Source: Thermoplasmatota archaeon
GTDB lineage: Archaea; Thermoplasmatota; E2; JACPAO01; JAHFTW01
DNA length: 64,000 nucleotides
Assembly: GCA_041601615.1 (NCBI GenBank)
Contig: JBFIHX010000003.1
Location: 192,001-256,000, forward strand
Reading direction: 5' to 3'
This document shows, piece after piece, positions 60,751 through 64,000 of the stretch. Made by a program: the position numbers and the translations under genes. The stretch's first letter is position 1; each line of letters begins with the position of its first letter. Under the pieces are notes generated by a model, which was not told the origin of the DNA, did no database searches, and was given only the letters and a program-made list of their open reading frames with translations.

Positions 60751-61236
60751 CTATTCCTCGCTGTCGTCGTCGCCGTCTGCCTCGTCGCCTTCTGTGTCGC
60801 CTTCGCGTTCCTTGAGGGCAGCTAGTGCCGGGTTGCGAACGTCTTGGCTTCGCGTGAGGTGCTCGGTGATTTCGGGGTCGACGCCTCGGGTGTTGGCGGC
60901 GTGCCAGGTGTTGCCGGCTGCGATGGCGGCGTCCCAGTCGATCTCGCCTTTGAGGACAATTTCGTCGCCGACGATGGTGGCGGCGGCAACGGGGACCGAC
61001 TTGAAGACGCCGGCTTGTTTGAGAATGAGGTTTTCGCCTTCGGTGGCGACGGATTCGCCGACGACATTGCCTTCGTGGCGAGCGAACTTGACGAGGTAGT
61101 CGTGCCGGCTGGGGCCGTCTTCCTTGGGTCCGGCGTTGCGTTCGCGCATGATCATGCGTTGGTTGAACACCGTCATGCCCACGAGGAGGATGCCGACGGC
61201 GGCCAGGGTGTAGGTGACGGTCTGGTCGTCCAGCAT
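60751..61236 (-). CDS. Membrane-anchored DUF5749-like protein
   Basis: N-terminal TM, GESV...LILKQ...IDWDAA. Confidence 0.7.
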   Translation of the reverse strand: MLDDQTVTYTLAAVGILLVGMTVFNQRMIMRERNAGPKEDGPSRHDYLVKFARHEGNVVGESVATEGENLILKQAGVFKSVPVAAATIVGDEIVLKGEIDWDAAIAAGNTWHAANTRGVDPEITEHLTRSQDVRNPALAALKEREGDTEGDEADGDDDSEE

Positions 61237-61291
61237 GGGCTTCAGGGGTTCGATATCAGGGCGATTTAAAGGGCCATTCCATTGAGGCGCC

Positions 61292-61846
61292 GTGGAGTGG
61301 TTTGTTGTAGTGCTGCTTTTGGCCGTCCTGATTGGCTTGGTGGCATGGAGATTTTACAATCGATTCGTGGTTCTGGCAAACAGATGCGAGGAATCATGGA
61401 GCAATGTAGGTACGGAGCTGCGGCGGCGCCATGAATTGGTTCCGAACCTTGTGGAGACTGTGAAGGGGTATGCTGCGCACGAGCGTGGCGTCCAGCAGGC
61501 GATTACGGAAGCTCGGGCCCTTGCGCGCAAAAACGACTTGGGGCCTGGAGAAGCGCAGAGCGTGGAGCGCGCGTTGTCGGGCGCCATGGAGCGGTTGCTT
61601 GCGGTGGCGGAGGCGTACCCGGTGCTGAAGGCGTCGGAGTCGTTTTTGCGGCTGCAGCAAGAGCTGGGTGTCACGGAGGATCGAATCCAGGCGGCCCGGC
61701 GTTTCTACAATGGCAATGTGCGGGACCTTCGCAATGCAACGAGGCAGTTTCCGGGCGTCCTGTTTGCCAGCATGTTCCGGCCAGAGACGTGGGCGTTCTT
61801 TGAGGTCGATCCGATCCACCGTGTGGCGCCGGGAGTGCATCTTTGA
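61292..61846 (+). CDS. lemA: LemA family protein
   Basis: YNRFV, LRRRHELVPNLVETVKGY, EAYPVLKA, EDRIQAARRFYN. Confidence 0.95.
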   Translation: MEWFVVVLLLAVLIGLVAWRFYNRFVVLANRCEESWSNVGTELRRRHELVPNLVETVKGYAAHERGVQQAITEARALARKNDLGPGEAQSVERALSGAMERLLAVAEAYPVLKASESFLRLQQELGVTEDRIQAARRFYNGNVRDLRNATRQFPGVLFASMFRPETWAFFEVDPIHRVAPGVHL

Positions 61847-62511
61847 TGGAGCTTTGGCCGATTCTCAAGTACGTTCTTGTGGCGATCGTGGTGGTCGTGG
61901 TGGTCGCCGGGACGCTGCTTGCGCGCAGTCGTCGCAGGAAGCGGCTCATGGCATGGGCGGAGTCTCGGGGTTTCTGGTTTGAGGAGAAAGATCACAGTCT
62001 CGCGTCTCAGTTTTCGGGCTTCGAGCCTTTTGATACCGGCAAAGACCGCCAGGCTTGGCATGTGATGAAGGGCCAAGTGGATGGTGTGGCGGTTTTGCTG
62101 TTTCAGTACCAATATACGAGTGGGTCTGGCAAAGAAAACACGACGGTCGTCAACAATGTCTGTGTGCTTCGGACGGGCCCTGATTCACCGGGGCTGACGT
62201 TGCGCAAGGAGCGGATGCATCACAAGTTGTTTGATGCGGTTGGTGGCGAGGACATCGACTTTGAGAGCGATGAGTTCAGCCGGAAATTCTGGGTGCGTGG
62301 TCCGAATCGGAAGTTCGTCTATGACGTGATTCATCCGCGCATGATGGAGTACTTGATGCCGTTGGACAAGTACCTCTGGCAGTGGAAGGGCCAAAACCTG
62401 ATGCTGGTGCGTGGCGGTCGCTTGGAGCCGGATCGGGCCGAGGAGTTGGTGCGTGATGGGATGGGGTTGATTTCGCTGCTGCCGCGCCACCTGAACCCGT
62501 CGCCCTCTTGA
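61846..62511 (+). CDS. LemA-associated membrane-anchored protein
   Basis: N-terminal TM, DIDFESDEFSRKF, YDVIHPRMMEYL. Confidence 0.75.
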   Translation: MELWPILKYVLVAIVVVVVVAGTLLARSRRRKRLMAWAESRGFWFEEKDHSLASQFSGFEPFDTGKDRQAWHVMKGQVDGVAVLLFQYQYTSGSGKENTTVVNNVCVLRTGPDSPGLTLRKERMHHKLFDAVGGEDIDFESDEFSRKFWVRGPNRKFVYDVIHPRMMEYLMPLDKYLWQWKGQNLMLVRGGRLEPDRAEELVRDGMGLISLLPRHLNPSPS

Positions 62512-62522
62512 GGGGGCTGGAC

Positions 62523-63740
62523 GTGGTGGTGCTCGTGCGGGATGTTATCGTCATCGGAGCGGGTCCGGCGGGCAGCAACACGGCAAGATTGTTGGCTGAA
62601 GCGGGGCACGATGTATTGATGGTGGAGGAGCACCCGGAGGTGGGTCGGCCGGTGCAGTGCGCGGGCCTTGTTGCGCCTCGAGTCTTTGAGCATACGCCGT
62701 TTCCGATTGGTGATTTGCACGAGAATGACTTGCATGGCGCCATCGTAATCAGCCCGGATGGCACACGCATTGAGTTTGAGACCGAGGCGGTGCAGGCGCA
62801 GGCGATGGATCGGGCTGGGTTTGATCAGCGCATGGCCAAGCACGCGGAGCTTGCGGGCGTGGAGGTTCGTACGAATACGAAGGCGACGGGCATGGAGCGC
62901 GACGAAACGGGAGTCAGCGTGGAGTTGCTTTCGGGTGGCGTGCGGACTCGGGAGCGGGCGCGTTTTGTCGTGGGTGCCGATGGCATCCGGGGCAACGTGG
63001 CAAAGTGGATGGGTCTGCCTCCCGTGGACGAAATTGTCAGTGCATACGAGGTGGAGTTGGACGGCGCAACACTCCCGGATGGTCCGCGCATGATTCCGAT
63101 GTTTGCGGGTCGTGCGCAGGCCCCCGGTTTTTTCAGTTGGATCATCCCCGTGGGCGGCAATCGTGTGCGGGCGGGGCTTGCGGTGGCGCCGGGCATGAAC
63201 GAGGCGGCGGCCAAGCGCTACTATGAGCGGATGTTTACGGATCCTGCGAGTGCGCCGTATTTGGCGGGAACTTCGGAGGTGTATCGAATCATTGGTGGCA
63301 TTCCACTGGGCTTGCGCCGGCGGCTTGTGGATGACCGCGTGGCGTTGGTAGGAGATGCGGCCGGTATGGCCAAACCGACGAGCGGCGGCGGGATCTACAT
63401 GGGTCTGGTTGCAAGCGAACATTTGGCTCGCGTGGCGGACGCGGCGCTGCGTCAAGATCACCTTGGCCGGGGGGACTTGCGAAGCTACGAAAAAGCGGTT
63501 CGGCGCACCATTGCGCGGGAGCTGCGTCGCGGCACCTTGCTGCGTCGGGTCTACAAGGGTTTGCGCGACCAGGACCTGGACCGATTGGCGCATTTGTGCC
63601 AAAAGCCGCTTGTCCGTGAGGCAATTGAGTCGCGTGGAGACATTGATTATCCCAGTCGTCTCGTTTTGCCCTTGCTGCGTGCGGAACCTCGCTTCGCCGG
63701 CCTGTTTTTGGCAGGGTTCCTTCGTGGCGGTCTCCAATGA
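62523..63740 (+). CDS. Geranylgeranyl reductase (digeranylgeranylglycerophospholipid reductase)
   Basis: IGAGPAG, PVQCAG, GADG, WIIP, VGDAAG, GGGI. Start approximate. Confidence 0.9.
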   Translation: MVVLVRDVIVIGAGPAGSNTARLLAEAGHDVLMVEEHPEVGRPVQCAGLVAPRVFEHTPFPIGDLHENDLHGAIVISPDGTRIEFETEAVQAQAMDRAGFDQRMAKHAELAGVEVRTNTKATGMERDETGVSVELLSGGVRTRERARFVVGADGIRGNVAKWMGLPPVDEIVSAYEVELDGATLPDGPRMIPMFAGRAQAPGFFSWIIPVGGNRVRAGLAVAPGMNEAAAKRYYERMFTDPASAPYLAGTSEVYRIIGGIPLGLRRRLVDDRVALVGDAAGMAKPTSGGGIYMGLVASEHLARVADAALRQDHLGRGDLRSYEKAVRRTIARELRRGTLLRRVYKGLRDQDLDRLAHLCQKPLVREAIESRGDIDYPSRLVLPLLRAEPRFAGLFLAGFLRGGLQ

Positions 63741-64000
63741 GTGCCAAGCGAGGCGGCGGCAAGGGGTCGAGCCGTGGCCGTCGACGCGGCGGGGGATTGT
63801 CTGGAGCCGTGGACATTTGCGTCTATTACACAGCCCAGGATGACCCGCGAAAGAACACTGCGGTGCGCATGCAGAAGCAGGGCCAAGCACGGCTCGTGGA
63901 CGACATCAAGCATGTGCAGCGCCACAGTGTGTTGTTGAATCCGTTTGCTAAGAAGGCGATCAGTGCAGAGGACTTGCCGATGATGCGCAAGAATGGCCTT
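63737..64000 (+). CDS. tsr3: 16S rRNA aminocarboxypropyltransferase Tsr3 (partial, runs off window)
   Basis: Own translation: MSAKR...QDDPRKNTAVRM...LLNPFAKKAISAED. Confidence 0.85.
   Translation, partial: MSAKRGGGKGSSRGRRRGGGLSGAVDICVYYTAQDDPRKNTAVRMQKQGQARLVDDIKHVQRHSVLLNPFAKKAISAEDLPMMRKNGL

Overview
GC-rich archaeal chromosomal window, most likely from a Thermoplasmatota-type lineage. Markers: archaeal L1/L10(P0)/L12, class I LysRS, Pth2, Dph6, Tsr3, PurP, MptA, geranylgeranyl reductase; the lineage call is inference. It holds about 70 CDS and one tRNA-Arg(CCG). I saw no rRNA, CRISPR array, integrase or transposase. Housekeeping genes are interspersed with many exported proteins: LAGC-type lipoproteins, S8/trypsin/CocE hydrolases, proteins with a PGF-CTERM-like tail, and small Cys-rich secreted proteins in AT-rich islets. 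Strongest second-look items: (1) a membrane-tethered double winged-helix regulator with a ~600-aa ectodomain and a Trp-heptad segment, with a probable stand-alone ectodomain paralogue and a PrsW protease elsewhere in the window; (2) an L1-binding RNA hairpin in the rpl1 leader that overlaps the SD, with an apparent ATA start; (3) a 198-bp duplication of the acyl-CoA dehydrogenase 3' end with only synonymous differences; (4) a stand-alone nitrilase between two ammonia-dependent ligases, NadE and Dph6; (5) single in-frame stops in two secreted-protein genes; (6) a C-to-G/T switch in synonymous codons at gene 3' ends. Many starts were moved downstream of the ORF-track start using TATA-like boxes about 27-30 nt upstream. 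Family calls are from motif recognition only; no database searches were run.
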